A stretch of 64,000 nucleotides of DNA from Planctomycetota bacterium (GCA_965248445.1 CBDFJG010000003.1:288001-352000); one strand, 5' to 3'. Counted from the stretch's first letter, positions 49,010-61,154 are shown. The notes: a model not told the origin generated them from the letters alone. Made by a program: numbers and translations.

Positions 49010-51220
49010 ATGAACCGCATCCTTGTGGCGGGCAGTGTTGCGCTTTGTTTTGCCGGTGTGTTGGCGGGCGGCCTCGCCGACGCGGAAGCCGGCAAGAAGC
49101 CGATCCGCTTCCAGAACGAGAAGAACCTCATCGTCACGCTCGTGACGCCGACGCTGAACCAGGAGGTCCTCGGCGACCTCTCGGATCCGGGCGTCAACGG
49201 CGTGGTGACAGTGCACTTCTCGAGTCCGGTGCGTAAGCGCGACGTGATCGACAACCAGAACACGTTCAACCGGTTGACCTCGAGGGTGGAGTTCTTCGAC
49301 TCCACGTTCGCGCGACTGCCGGGTACGCCTCGCGTGCGCCGCAGCCGGTTGATCTTCAATCCGCGCACCGCGCAGAACGGTGGCGTGCTGCCGCAGGGTC
49401 AGTACACGCTGAACCTGAGGCGCAGTCTGCGCAACCGACGCGGTCGCCTCTTGAACTTCGGGCTTCGCGACTTCACGACGACGTTCGCCGTCGGCACCGA
49501 CGTCTACCGGCCCGTGCTGCGCAAGATCTCCCCGATCAACGGCCAGACCAACATCGGCCTCGGTCAGAGAATCATCGCGCAGTTCAACGAGCCGATCGAC
49601 GTGAGCTCGGTCATCTCGAGCATCCAGGTGCAGGACGCCAGCACGAACCCCCCGACCCCCATTCCCGGCGCCGGCGGCGGTTCCGGTGTGACGCTCGACC
49701 GTAGAGGGTTTGACGTCGTCTTCACACCCGACCCGTGCTTCGGCTATCCGCCGCAGACCACGATCCAGTTCCTGATGCAGGGCGAGGACGCGGCAGGCGT
49801 TGCATCGCCGGTCACCGACGTCTTCGGCAACGCGTTCATCCGCGACGCCGGCCTGCAGTGGACCTTCAACGCAGCCGCCGGTGTTTGGCAGTCGCCCAAC
49901 GGCACGTTCGACGACCTGACGGGCGTCTTCCGCATGCAGTTCCAGACCAAGGGCATCAAGCCCCGTCCGGTCGGGCTCGTGCCCGGCAGCCCGCACTTCA
50001 ACAACATTCTGCCGACGAGCACGCCTTGCAACCGACTGCTCTTCTTCTCCCCGAGCTGCTACGCCACAGGTCGCGTGATCTTCTACACAACGGGCCGCGG
50101 CGTCGGTGAGATCGACCTCACTGGCTTCATCACGCGGTTCAACCAGGGCGTCACCGACTTCTCGCAGGTCGCCGTCGTCGCCAACAGCCCCGAGCGCATC
50201 GGTCGCCCGTCGGGCATGGTCGTCGACCCCCGCTTCGACGTGAACGCCGGAATGCACACGTTCATCTACGTCGTGGACCAGCGCACCGCGAGCGTCGCGG
50301 TGCTCGACTCGCGCAACCTGCAGGTGCTCGGTCGCTTCACCGGCTTCTCGAGCCCCCGCGACGTCACCATCGCAACGGACCTCTCGCTCTCGCGTACGTC
50401 GATGTACGTGTCGGAGTTCGCGGCGAACCAGATGGTGCAGCTCGACCTGCAGACCATCACGGTCAACTTTGGCGGTCAGCCCGGCGCGGCTTCGGTCTGC
50501 GACCTCATCAAGGACCAGTCCAACCGCCGTACGTTCATCCCGACCGGCCGTGGTCCGACCAGGATCGCCGCGGACAGCTTCCTGCTGAATCGCGTCGCGT
50601 CCGCCAACACGCTCGACAGCTCGGTCACCATCGTGAACGTGCGGGACAACTCCGTCCGCGGCACGCACGAGACCGGCAGCAACCCCGTGGATCTCGACTG
50701 GAGCATCCTGGGGTTCGGTGCCGCTGACCTCTGCATGATCGCCAACCAGGGTGGACTGAACGATTCGAACGGCTCGGTCAGCCTGTACCTGCGAGCAGCG
50801 ACGGGCGGCCCGCGTGCTGGCGCCGCGCAGACGCGTGACGGCATCGACGCCACGCTGACCGATCAGATCAAGAACCCGACCGCGATCTGGGGCAACCAGC
50901 AGTGGCTGAGCCCCTTGTCGGGCAACTCGGTCCCGCTCCGCTGGTACGTCTCGAACACCGGCGGCGACGACATCGCAGGACTGACGTTCCAGGTGACGGG
51001 CCTCTTCGGCATCAACATCTCGCCGAACATCACGTCGACTCGCGAAGTCGGCTTCAACCCGAGCGGCGCACTGCTCGACCCGTTCTATCCGAACGCGTTC
51101 CTGTTCGCCGCCGTGGCGGGCACCGGCCAGCTGGCCGGTGGCGACCCGACGCGCAACGTGCCGATGACGCTCGTCCGCGTGCCTGGTATCCGCAAGCTCG
51201 CGACGTGCTTTACTCACTAA
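49010..51220 (+). CDS. Secreted protein with two Ig-like (Big_5/SbsA-like) domains and a YncE/YVTN-like beta-propeller
   Basis: Signal peptide; ISPINGQTNIGLGQRIIAQFNEPID; repeats PTGRGPTRIA, TGSNPVDL and VGFNPSG. Confidence 0.75.
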   Translation: MNRILVAGSVALCFAGVLAGGLADAEAGKKPIRFQNEKNLIVTLVTPTLNQEVLGDLSDPGVNGVVTVHFSSPVRKRDVIDNQNTFNRLTSRVEFFDSTFARLPGTPRVRRSRLIFNPRTAQNGGVLPQGQYTLNLRRSLRNRRGRLLNFGLRDFTTTFAVGTDVYRPVLRKISPINGQTNIGLGQRIIAQFNEPIDVSSVISSIQVQDASTNPPTPIPGAGGGSGVTLDRRGFDVVFTPDPCFGYPPQTTIQFLMQGEDAAGVASPVTDVFGNAFIRDAGLQWTFNAAAGVWQSPNGTFDDLTGVFRMQFQTKGIKPRPVGLVPGSPHFNNILPTSTPCNRLLFFSPSCYATGRVIFYTTGRGVGEIDLTGFITRFNQGVTDFSQVAVVANSPERIGRPSGMVVDPRFDVNAGMHTFIYVVDQRTASVAVLDSRNLQVLGRFTGFSSPRDVTIATDLSLSRTSMYVSEFAANQMVQLDLQTITVNFGGQPGAASVCDLIKDQSNRRTFIPTGRGPTRIAADSFLLNRVASANTLDSSVTIVNVRDNSVRGTHETGSNPVDLDWSILGFGAADLCMIANQGGLNDSNGSVSLYLRAATGGPRAGAAQTRDGIDATLTDQIKNPTAIWGNQQWLSPLSGNSVPLRWYVSNTGGDDIAGLTFQVTGLFGINISPNITSTREVGFNPSGALLDPFYPNAFLFAAVAGTGQLAGGDPTRNVPMTLVRVPGIRKLATCFTH

Positions 51221-51255
51221 GACGGGGTTTCACGCACTAAGACACACGAACAACA

Positions 51256-51284
51256 CCGCCCCCGGCAGTCTCTGCCGGGGGCGG
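51256..51284. terminator. Hairpin between convergent genes
   Basis: CCGCCCCCGGCAG-TCT-CTGCCGGGGGCGG. Confidence 0.7.
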
Positions 51285-51328
51285 CGTTCGTGGGTGGCGG
51301 GCTGGTTTTCTGGTGGGGAGTTCTGGCG

Positions 51329-52339
51329 TCAGTTCTGCAGACCGACGCCGAGCGTCGTCAGCACCGCGTCCGGCGTCGTGCCCGCCGCCTCCGCCTCGAA
51401 GCCCAGCACGAGGCGGTGTCGTAGCGCGGGAAGCATCGCGCGTTGCAGGTCGTCTGCACTCACGTGCGGCCGTCCTGCGAGCAGCGCACGCGCCTTCGCA
51501 CCGAGTACGAGGGCTCGCGCGCCGCGGGGCGATGCTCCCAGGCGCACCGACCTCCGCACGGCGTCCGTCGCGTGCAGGGAGTCGGGGTGCGTGGCTGCGA
51601 CCAGCCGCGCCGCCGACTCGGCGAGCGCCGGTGCCAGCGCGATCTCGCGTGTCAGAGCTCGCGCCGCGCGGACCTCGTCCGCTCCGAGCACGGCCACGGG
51701 CGGCGTCTGCTCCGGCCCGGTCGTGCGACGCACGATCTCGACGAGGTCGTCCACCGAAGGCGAGACCAGCAGCACCTTGACCAGGAACCGGTCGAGCTGC
51801 GCTTCTGGCAGCGGGTATGTCCCCTCCATCTCGATCGGGTTCTGGGTCGCGAACACCATGAACGGATCCGGCAGGTCCCGCGATGTGCGCCCGGAGGTGA
51901 CCCGGCTCTCTTCCATGGCTTCGAGCAGCGCGGACTGCGTCCGCGGCGTGGCGCGGTTGATCTCGTCCACGAGGAGCACGTTGGTGAACACCGGGCCCTC
52001 ACGGAACGCGAGCTGCATCGCGCCGCCCCCCTGCACTCGGACGTCACTGTCCGACAGGACTTCCGCACCGGTCACGTCCGCGGGGAGCAGGTCCGGAGTG
52101 CACTGCACCCGCGAGAAGTCGAGGGCGAGCGCGCTCGCGAGCGACTTCACGAGGAGTGTCTTGCCGAGTCCCGGCGGCCCCTCCAGTAGCACGTGCCCGC
52201 CGCCGAGGAGCGCTGCCAGCAGTTCGTCGACGACGTCGTCCATTCCGACGACGGCCCGCGCGACCTCCTCACGTACGCGAGAGAGGCCGTCGTGCACGCG
52301 CGCGATCCGCGCGCTGACGTCGGCCGAGTCGGGACTCAC
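51329..52339 (-). CDS. MoxR-family AAA+ ATPase
   Basis: [41 protein letters not shown] and [22 protein letters not shown] start overlaps the asnS stop. Confidence 0.93.
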   Translation of the reverse strand: MSPDSADVSARIARVHDGLSRVREEVARAVVGMDDVVDELLAALLGGGHVLLEGPPGLGKTLLVKSLASALALDFSRVQCTPDLLPADVTGAEVLSDSDVRVQGGGAMQLAFREGPVFTNVLLVDEINRATPRTQSALLEAMEESRVTSGRTSRDLPDPFMVFATQNPIEMEGTYPLPEAQLDRFLVKVLLVSPSVDDLVEIVRRTTGPEQTPPVAVLGADEVRAARALTREIALAPALAESAARLVAATHPDSLHATDAVRRSVRLGASPRGARALVLGAKARALLAGRPHVSADDLQRAMLPALRHRLVLGFEAEAAGTTPDAVLTTLGVGLQN

Positions 52340-53649
52340 GGGTAGATACGGTAGAGCATCCGCGGGAACGGGATGGCCTCGCGAATGTGGGCTATCCCCG
52401 TGATCCAGAGCACCGCCCGTTCGAGCCCCATTCCGAAGCCGGAGTGGGGCACCGAGCCGTAGCGCCGCAGATCCAGATACCACTGGTAGTCCTCGACGGG
52501 CAGTCCGTGCTCCCGGATGCGCCGCTCCAACAGGTCCACGTCGTGGATGCGCTGGCTGCCGCCGATGATCTCACCGAAGCCCGGCGCGAGGAGGTCGGCG
52601 CAGAGCGCAACCTCCGGCCGATCGGGGTCTGGCTCCATGTAGAACGCCTTGATCGCCGCCGGGTACTTCTCGATGAACACCGGGCGGTCGAATTGCTCGG
52701 AGATCAGCACCTCGTGGGGCGCACCGAAGTCCTCGCCCCACGGGACGTGCGCGATGGAACCGTCGTCCGGCGCGTGCTCCTTGATGAGCTCCAGCGCGTC
52801 GTCATACGTTATGCGCGGAAACGGCGGCTTCACGCGTTCCAGTGCCTCGATGTCCCGGCCGAGCGTCTCCAACTCGGCGCGGCACCTCTCCAGGCAGCGC
52901 TCGACCACGAACGAGAGCATCTGCTCCTGCAGCGCGAGGTTGCCGTCGTGGTCGAGGAACGCGGCCTCCGGCTCCACCATCCAGAACTCGGTCAGGTGCC
53001 GGCGGGTCTTCGACTTCTCCGCGCGGAACGTCGGGCCGAAGCAGTACACGCGCCCGAGCGACATCATCCCTGCCTCGACGTACAGCTGACCCGTCTGCGC
53101 CAAGTACGCCGTGCCGAGGTCGAAGTACTCCGTCGCGAACAGTGTGCTGCTGCCCTCTGCCGCGCACGGCGTGAGGATCGGCGTGTCGACCCGAATGAAG
53201 CCCTCCCGGTGCAGGAACTCCATGGTCGCGGCCTGGACGTGGTGCCGGATGCGCAGCACGGCGTGCTGTCGCCGGGAGCGCAGCCAGAGGTGCCGGTGCT
53301 CCATCAAGAACGCGACCCCGTGTTCCTTGGGGGTGATGGGGTAGTCCGGGCTCTCGCCGATCACCTCGACGGCGCTGACGCCGAGTTCGACACCACCCGG
53401 ACTGCGGGCGTCCTCGCGTACCTCTCCGGTGACGATCACGCTGGTCTCGACGTTGAGCGCGGCGGTGCGCTCGAAGAGCTCGTCGCCGACTTTGGAACGC
53501 ACCGCCACGCACTGCACGACGCCGGTCCCGTCGCGCACGACGGCGAAACAGATCTTCCCCTTGCTGCGCAGGTGCGTCACCCATCCGCCGACGCGGACTG
53601 TCGTTCCCGCGGCGCCCGGCAGGTCGGTTATGCGTGTCAGTGCGTCCAT
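52336..53649 (-). CDS. asnS: Asparagine--tRNA ligase
   Basis: OB-fold GWV...[43 protein letters not shown] and GFGMGLER motifs. Confidence 0.95.
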   Translation of the reverse strand: MDALTRITDLPGAAGTTVRVGGWVTHLRSKGKICFAVVRDGTGVVQCVAVRSKVGDELFERTAALNVETSVIVTGEVREDARSPGGVELGVSAVEVIGESPDYPITPKEHGVAFLMEHRHLWLRSRRQHAVLRIRHHVQAATMEFLHREGFIRVDTPILTPCAAEGSSTLFATEYFDLGTAYLAQTGQLYVEAGMMSLGRVYCFGPTFRAEKSKTRRHLTEFWMVEPEAAFLDHDGNLALQEQMLSFVVERCLERCRAELETLGRDIEALERVKPPFPRITYDDALELIKEHAPDDGSIAHVPWGEDFGAPHEVLISEQFDRPVFIEKYPAAIKAFYMEPDPDRPEVALCADLLAPGFGEIIGGSQRIHDVDLLERRIREHGLPVEDYQWYLDLRRYGSVPHSGFGMGLERAVLWITGIAHIREAIPFPRMLYRIYP

Positions 53650-53759
53650 CGTCCCGTCTCCGTCGAGGCTCTCTCGTGTCGAATGGAGCATCGTAGTGAA
53701 CCGGGCGCGCGGGCGCGCGGCGGGCCCGCTTGCACGACGGTCGGGCCCGGGGGCGTCGG

Positions 53760-54344
53760 TCAGAGGACCTGCAGGGCGCGCCGAACCAGCTCGCCCGCGT
53801 CCAGAGACGCATCGCCGGCCCCGGCCGCCTTCGCCACGGCCTTGGCCGCGTTCGTGCGGTCGTGGCCGAGTGCTTCGAGAGCGAGCACGGCGTCGCGCTC
53901 GGACGACGACGCTCCCGTGGGGGCGTCGCTGCCGGCCGTGATCGCGCCGACGCGGTCCTTCAGCTCGACGATCAAGCGCTCGGAGAGCCGCTTGCCGACG
54001 CCCTTGACTCTGCGCAGCCGCGCCGCGTCGCCGTCCACGAGTGCGGAGCGGAACTCGCGATAGGGTAGGGCGGAGACGATGCCGAGGGCGAGCTGCGGGC
54101 CCACGCCGGACACTGTCTGCAACATGGCGAAGAAGGCGCGTTCGTCGGCGTCCGCGAAACCGTAAAGACGCATCGAGTCCTCGCGGACCGCCAGCGTCAC
54201 GAGCAGAGTCGCCGGCGCGCCGATCGCAGGCAGCCGCTCGTAGGTTCCGAGCGGGATCGCAAGTTCGTACCCGACACCGCCTACGTCGAGCACCGCCGAA
54301 GCCGGCGTCTTGCGCTCGAGCGTCCCGCGCAGGTGGTGATACAC
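53760..54344 (-). CDS. ruvA: Holliday junction branch migration protein RuvA
   Basis: [30 protein letters not shown] and [18 protein letters not shown] motifs. Confidence 0.93.
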   Translation of the reverse strand: MYHHLRGTLERKTPASAVLDVGGVGYELAIPLGTYERLPAIGAPATLLVTLAVREDSMRLYGFADADERAFFAMLQTVSGVGPQLALGIVSALPYREFRSALVDGDAARLRRVKGVGKRLSERLIVELKDRVGAITAGSDAPTGASSSERDAVLALEALGHDRTNAAKAVAKAAGAGDASLDAGELVRRALQVL

Positions 54345-54350
54345 GCGCTA

Positions 54351-54718
54351 GGAGCCCGTCCGGGTAACCCGCGCGGCCACGACGCTGCGCCGGTGGCGTG
54401 GATGCAAGGCGGACCGATGACGGCACCCCCGGTGGGTTGTCGAAGAGGTCCAACGCCGCAGACCGCCACCGTCGCAGCGCCCCGAGTGTCGAGTACGAGT
54501 CTCGCGAGGGGTCGGCAGAGGCCGGCCCCCGCTGCGTCGGACCGCGTCAGCAGATCGATGGATCCCTCCGCCACGGCCTTCGGCGTCCGCTGCGCGTTCG
54601 CTCGTCTCTGATCGTCCGCAGGACGCTCCGCGGCACCCTCGCTCACTCATCCTTGGCCCTCCTTGCGGGCATCCGGCCTCTGTCGATCGTGGCTCGCGGC
54701 GTTACCCGGATGGGCTCC
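54351..54718. mobile_element. MITE-like element (368 bp)
   Basis: Terminal IR GGAGCCCGTCCGGGTAAC / GTTACCCGGATGGGCTCC (17/18, extends imperfectly to ~32 bp); TA on both flanks; no credible ORF. Confidence 0.75.
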
Positions 54719-56040
54719 TAAGTTGTGGTGGTCGACGGCGCCAGCGAGAGTCCGAGCTCGGCGAGCTTCTGCTTCACTTCGTTCATGCTCGTCTGGCCGA
54801 AGTTCTTGATCGTCATCAGCTCCGCCTCGGAGCGACTGGCCAGGTCGCCGACGGTCTTGAGGCCGAGCACGTTCATGCAGTGACGGCTGCGGACGGACAG
54901 CTCGAGGTCGCTCAGCGGCCGGTTCATCGCCGTGCGCCGCTCGGCGTCGCCGCCGATGCCCTCGAGGATCGCGTGCGCCGCGTCGTCCTGCGCCATCTCG
55001 TCGCCGCCCATGCCGAGCCGCAGACCCTTCTGCGCGAGGATGTCCTTGATCTCCTGCAGGCTGGTCTCGCCGAAGTTCTTGTACGAGAGCAACTCCTGCT
55101 CGGAGCGCTGGATGAGGTCGCCCAGCGTTCGCACGCCCATCTTCGCCAGGCAGTTGCGGCTGCGCACGGAGAGCTCGAAGTCCGTGACCGGCAGGCGCAT
55201 CACCTGCGAGCGACGGTCGGAGCGGCGCTCCATGTCTTCGTCGTAGTACATGTGGATCGCGGCCTGCGCGTCCTTCAGGAACAGGCGGGCGCGACGGTTC
55301 TGCGGGTCTGAGTCGACCACCGCGCGATAGCACTCGCGTGCCTTCGAGTACTCGCCCCGGTCCTCGTGCAGGTTGCCGAGGTTCAGATACGCGTTCACAG
55401 GGGCGTCCCCGGTCTCGATGGCCCGCCGGTAAAGCGTGACCGCGTCCTCCTCATCCCCGAAGAGCGCCGCGTTGGTGGCCAGGCGGAACAGGGAACGCAC
55501 GTGCCCGCCGTCCGCGGCCAGCGCCTGCTCGTACGACGCCGTCGCGCCCGCGCGGTCACCGTCGATGTCGTCCGCCCGACCCGTCAGGTACGCCCTGTCC
55601 GCCTTGTCGGCGTTCTTGCCGGCTCCCGTCAGGATCGCCCGCACGGCGTCGGCGTCGCCGAGGTTCGCGTGTGCCTCGCCGCGCAGACACGCGACCTCGG
55701 CGCCGTCGTCGGCCTGATCGAGCGCTTTCAAGGCATCGCCTGGACGGCCGTTCGCCACGAGTGCGCGCGCCAGGAACTCCCGCGCCGTCGGACCCTCCGC
55801 GAGACGCAGCCAGTCGATCGCCTGACGCTCTCGTCCCACGGCCCACAGCGCGAGTCCCTTCTTGAGAGCGAGGGCCCCGTCGCGCTTCGCCGCGGCCACG
55901 TCCGACGGCAGCGAGGCGACGAAGTCCGCGGCGCTCTTGCGGGCGGTCGCGTCGCTCTTGATCGCACTCCGGAGGTTGCGCACGTTGTCCGCCGAGGGCT
56001 GCGCCGAGGTGAGCACGGAAGCGACGTCGGTCTGTGGCAT
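54718..56040 (-). CDS. TPR protein with two RNA polymerase alpha C-terminal domains
   Basis: TPR-like helices; two copies of the alpha-CTD signature, ELSVRSRNC...KNFGETSLQEIK and ELSVRSRHC...KNFGQTSMNEVK; GGAG RBS. Confidence 0.85.
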   Translation of the reverse strand: MPQTDVASVLTSAQPSADNVRNLRSAIKSDATARKSAADFVASLPSDVAAAKRDGALALKKGLALWAVGRERQAIDWLRLAEGPTAREFLARALVANGRPGDALKALDQADDGAEVACLRGEAHANLGDADAVRAILTGAGKNADKADRAYLTGRADDIDGDRAGATASYEQALAADGGHVRSLFRLATNAALFGDEEDAVTLYRRAIETGDAPVNAYLNLGNLHEDRGEYSKARECYRAVVDSDPQNRRARLFLKDAQAAIHMYYDEDMERRSDRRSQVMRLPVTDFELSVRSRNCLAKMGVRTLGDLIQRSEQELLSYKNFGETSLQEIKDILAQKGLRLGMGGDEMAQDDAAHAILEGIGGDAERRTAMNRPLSDLELSVRSRHCMNVLGLKTVGDLASRSEAELMTIKNFGQTSMNEVKQKLAELGLSLAPSTTTT

Positions 56041-56774
56041 GGGGTGGATCTCCTGGGCCCAGTGGCCCATTTGCTGCGGTTCCAGCGGCTGCGGTTCGAG
56101 CGGCGTTGGGGAGGGAGCGAGACGCGGCGGCATTCGCGAGCGAGAACCGACGCCGCGCCCTCGCTGCGAGGGGCTTCTGCGGTGCGGTCCGAGTGGCACT
56201 TCAGCGGCTCACGAGCCGACGAAGCCGGTCATTTTCGGAGCCGAGGCCGGGAGATCAAGGATTGCCGCCTCCCGGTCCCGCCGATTCAGGTTCCGAGCCC
56301 CAAGTGCCGGATCACGGTCTCGAGCACTCTGCCGCCTACGCAATCAGGATCCGCTGCAGAACATCGACCGGTTCACACCCGAGTAGCAGACGATTCCCGA
56401 CCTCTCCGTGAGCACAGGCGGCGGTGCGATTCCCCGCTCCGAACCGCCCGCTCTGACCGGCGGCCGCGGCGGCGGCGGCGGTCGATGCGCCCGACCGCAG
56501 GCTGGCGACCGCCGATTCGAGCGGATTCGCTCGAGAGGCGTGCGCTCTGCCGCCCGATTCGGGAGCCTCGAGGCCATCGACGCAGGCTCGAATCGCGGGC
56601 CCGCCAGGCCTGACAGTCCGTGGCACGGAACGTGGACTGGCGTATAACGACACGTGCAGGGTTGGACGCGGGCACCGTCGTTCCGGAGACACCGGGCCGT
56701 CGGGCTTGCGCCTGTAGGTGCGGAATCGACAAGCCGTTCCCGGTTCGCGGGGACAATCGAGGAGAGTTCAGACC

Positions 56775-59645
56775 ATGCGCCATCGACTTCTTGCGCGCCG
56801 CGTACTCGGGCAGCCGGCACGACACGTCCGTGTCGTAGGCGCTGCCCTCGCAGCGGGACTGATCATCACTTCGTTCGTCAGTCTTGACGATGCGGATGCT
56901 GCGCGACGTCGCCGTCGCAGGGGGCGCGCGCTCGCAGTTCAGCTCATCAACCTGGACGGCAGGTCGAACGTACCTGGCAACGCCGTGGTCGAAGTCGTCT
57001 TCAACACGAAGGTGCGTGAAGACACGATCAACCACTCGCAGTTCCAGGTCCGCGAGCAGAACGCGACGCAGACCGGGTTCACGAAGCAGATCTTCGGGAA
57101 CTTCCAGTACCTCGGCAACGTGGTGCGCTTCTATCCGCGCCTGCCCACGCATCTGCGCGACCCATCCAGCCCCACGAACGACTTCTATCCGTTCGGTGCT
57201 CAGCAGGACAACGCGTCGGAGAACGCTGGACTGCAGCCCGCGAAGAACTACCAGATCCGGCTGCTCGGCAAGGGCAGCATCGCACCCCTCCGCTCGTCGC
57301 GGGGCCGCGTGCTGCGCAAGAACATCACCGCGAACTTCACGACCGCCGCGGCGACCGATCCGGAAGAGCACTTCACGACCACCACGTACACCGCCTCGCC
57401 GCCTCCGCGCTTCGCGTTCTCGAACCCGCCGGACAAGACGCCCGGTGCGCAGTCGGACCAGTACGCGGCACGTGGCGGCGCCCCCGGCGTCGCGTCCGAC
57501 ACGGACATTGCGGTTTTCTGCACGAACGTCCCCATCGCGCCGACGACGGCTCGCATCCAGGGCAACATCTCGCTCATGCTGCTCGAGCGCGACGGTGACC
57601 CCAGCATCCGCCGCCCGATCGACGGTGTGGTTTTCCTCGAGCAGAACTTCAACACGACACTGCTCGTCTTCAAGCCGCACTTCCCGTTGCCGGACCGCTC
57701 GACGGTCGGCCTGCGCATCACCAAGAACGTGCTCGACCTGACCGAGCAGTTCGATTTCCAGCCGAATCGAGGGCGCGAGACGCTCCGTGCGATCTACGAC
57801 TGGCTCACGCAGGCGCGCGCCGGCAACCCCGGCCTGCCCGCCGACCAGCTCGACGATCCTCCGGTCAACCTGATCGGCGACTGGCCTCCTGCCAGCGACA
57901 CCATCGGGCGCGGCATCCTGAAGACCAACATGCTGGACCTCGGCGACAACCGGCCCGACGAGATCGACCCGCGCATCCACGTGCTCTTCAGGACGCGCGA
58001 CGAGCTGGTCACCAACGCGGAGCTCGTGATCAACTTCACGAGGGCCGAGAACCTGTACGACGGCACGAGGTCGACCGCGGAGTGGGACGGCTCGGTGCCC
58101 AGCGCGGCCGCCGCGATCCTGACGATCGCAGCGGGCAGCGCGGCAGACGGCGACTTCAAGCCCACCACGGACGTCACGCTGAACATGGACACGTACGCGG
58201 ACAGCACGGCGAACTTCCGCGACGTCGTGATCCCCCAGGGTGTCGTCGTGACCCTCGTCGGTTCGCGTCCCGCGACGATCAAAGCGGTCAACATGACCGT
58301 GAGCGGCACCATCGACGGCAGCGGTCGCAACGGCACCGATGCTGTGAACCAGAGCAATCTCGACACCTCGACGCCCGCGCGCCGCCTCGGCGCGCTCGGC
58401 AACCTCGGCGGTGGCAAGGGCGGCGACACGGCGACGACGTTCCCGGCAGGGGGCACGCCGCCGACGACCCACTCCGCCACCGAGAATGTGCGCGGTACGG
58501 GCTACGCCGGTTCGCCCGGGCATGACTTCGACGGCGTGGTGGCCGCACCCGACGACGGCGGTCGCGGCGGCCTCAGCAGCCGGGCCGGCATCGGGTCCGC
58601 GTACAACTTGACCGGCGGTGGCGGCGGAGGCGGTGCCCGCACGGCCGGAGGCACGGGTGATGCCAACCCCTACAGGACGACCGCGTGGAACGGAACGGGC
58701 GGCGTAGGCGGTGCCGGCTCCACGAACGACGACGTCGACCCGCTGGTCGGCGGCGGAGGCGGTGGACCCAGTGCGAACGGCGCGTACCACTCCGAGAACT
58801 GGAAGAGTGGCGGCGCGAGCGGCGCGAGCGGCGGCGGCGCGATCCGCCTGCAGGCGGCCCGCGTGATCGTCGTCAGCAGCACCGGCATCTTGAGGGCCCG
58901 CGGCGGAGTCGGCGCGAAGGGCAACACCGCGGCAACCTGGACCACCGGCGCATCGGGCGGCGGGGGCGGCGGCACCGTGCATCTTCGCAGTTTCGCCGGC
59001 TTCAACATCGCGGACCCGTCGTCCATCGACGTGCGTGGTGGCGCCGGCGGAGTCAACCCGAACGTGCAGAGCTGGGTCGCGATCAATGCCGGCGGGGGAG
59101 GCGACGGCTACATCCGTCTGGACGACCCGAACGGCGGAGTGGTCCTGCCGAGTGGCACGGCGGGCCTGTTCGACCCGGTTGGCGGCGGTGTGCCGTCGTT
59201 CGTGTGGTCGAAGTTCGCGGACCTGGGCGTGGACGGCACGCGCATCCTGAACTTCACCAATTCCGACATCGTCACGAACCCGACCACCAACGATGCGATC
59301 CTCATCGAGATGCAGATGACCCGGGAGCACCCGTCGATCTTCGGCGAGCCCGATCTCACCGCTCTCAACTCGTTTGGCGACACGACCAATCCGGGCATCA
59401 CGTCGGACTGGCGCGCGGTCAAGATCCACGACAACACCGACTCGGTCATACCGGCCTTCGTCGTCCCCGGTTGGGACAAGGGCACCGACGGTGCCGAGAC
59501 GACGTTCCCGATCGAGGACCTGACCGGGCAGGGCTTCCGCTTCGCGCGGTTCCGCATCTTCTTCCAGCTCGACGATTTCCACTCGCGTCTGGATCCGCTC
59601 CCGTTCGTGGACAAGATCACCATGCACTTCCAGTTCAACTTCTGA
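56775..59645 (+). CDS. Large secreted Ig-like-domain protein with a Gly-rich region
   Basis: GAGGAG RBS; hydrophobic signal; Big_5-like N-terminal domains; GGGGGG/GGAIRL repeats; ends in F. Confidence 0.78.
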   Translation: MRHRLLARRVLGQPARHVRVVGAALAAGLIITSFVSLDDADAARRRRRRGRALAVQLINLDGRSNVPGNAVVEVVFNTKVREDTINHSQFQVREQNATQTGFTKQIFGNFQYLGNVVRFYPRLPTHLRDPSSPTNDFYPFGAQQDNASENAGLQPAKNYQIRLLGKGSIAPLRSSRGRVLRKNITANFTTAAATDPEEHFTTTTYTASPPPRFAFSNPPDKTPGAQSDQYAARGGAPGVASDTDIAVFCTNVPIAPTTARIQGNISLMLLERDGDPSIRRPIDGVVFLEQNFNTTLLVFKPHFPLPDRSTVGLRITKNVLDLTEQFDFQPNRGRETLRAIYDWLTQARAGNPGLPADQLDDPPVNLIGDWPPASDTIGRGILKTNMLDLGDNRPDEIDPRIHVLFRTRDELVTNAELVINFTRAENLYDGTRSTAEWDGSVPSAAAAILTIAAGSAADGDFKPTTDVTLNMDTYADSTANFRDVVIPQGVVVTLVGSRPATIKAVNMTVSGTIDGSGRNGTDAVNQSNLDTSTPARRLGALGNLGGGKGGDTATTFPAGGTPPTTHSATENVRGTGYAGSPGHDFDGVVAAPDDGGRGGLSSRAGIGSAYNLTGGGGGGGARTAGGTGDANPYRTTAWNGTGGVGGAGSTNDDVDPLVGGGGGGPSANGAYHSENWKSGGASGASGGGAIRLQAARVIVVSSTGILRARGGVGAKGNTAATWTTGASGGGGGGTVHLRSFAGFNIADPSSIDVRGGAGGVNPNVQSWVAINAGGGGDGYIRLDDPNGGVVLPSGTAGLFDPVGGGVPSFVWSKFADLGVDGTRILNFTNSDIVTNPTTNDAILIEMQMTREHPSIFGEPDLTALNSFGDTTNPGITSDWRAVKIHDNTDSVIPAFVVPGWDKGTDGAETTFPIEDLTGQGFRFARFRIFFQLDDFHSRLDPLPFVDKITMHFQFNF

Positions 59646-59672
59646 TCTGGGCAGCACATAACTGACACTGAA

Positions 59673-59700
59673 GCGCCCCGGGCCTTGCGGTCCGGGGCGC
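59673..59700 (+). terminator. Stem-loop after the large secreted protein gene
   Basis: GCGCCCCGGGCC-TTGC-GGTCCGGGGCGC. Confidence 0.65.
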
Positions 59701-59814
59701 TCTGCGTTGGCGCACGCGCTTTCCGTCCCGGACCGTGCGGCCTCGCGTATCCTGCGGCCCCCCCCCCCGGGACCTCGTTCGCGATCCGTGCCACCGTTCC
59801 CCCGGAGACGCCGC

Positions 59815-61092
<1,278 letters not shown>

Positions 61093-61154
61093 CCGCGCGC
61101 TGGTCTCGAGCCACCCGGGCGCCGCGGGGGCCGGTGAGCGCCTGTCCGGGTAAC

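Noticed and set aside
54380..54485. 6S RNA or ruvC in the ruvA upstream gap
   Set aside because: No RuvC motifs in any frame. The hairpin lies inside an IR-bounded, TA-flanked element, so a MITE is more parsimonious; a covariance search was not run.
56621..56637. Sigma-54 promoter TGGCACGGAACGTGGA upstream of the large secreted protein
   Set aside because: The -24 box is perfect, but the -12 position reads GG instead of the near-invariant GC.
61139..61154. Solo copy of the MITE terminal repeat (GTCCGGGTAAC)
   Set aside because: Only an 11-bp match with no partner IR nearby; could be chance.
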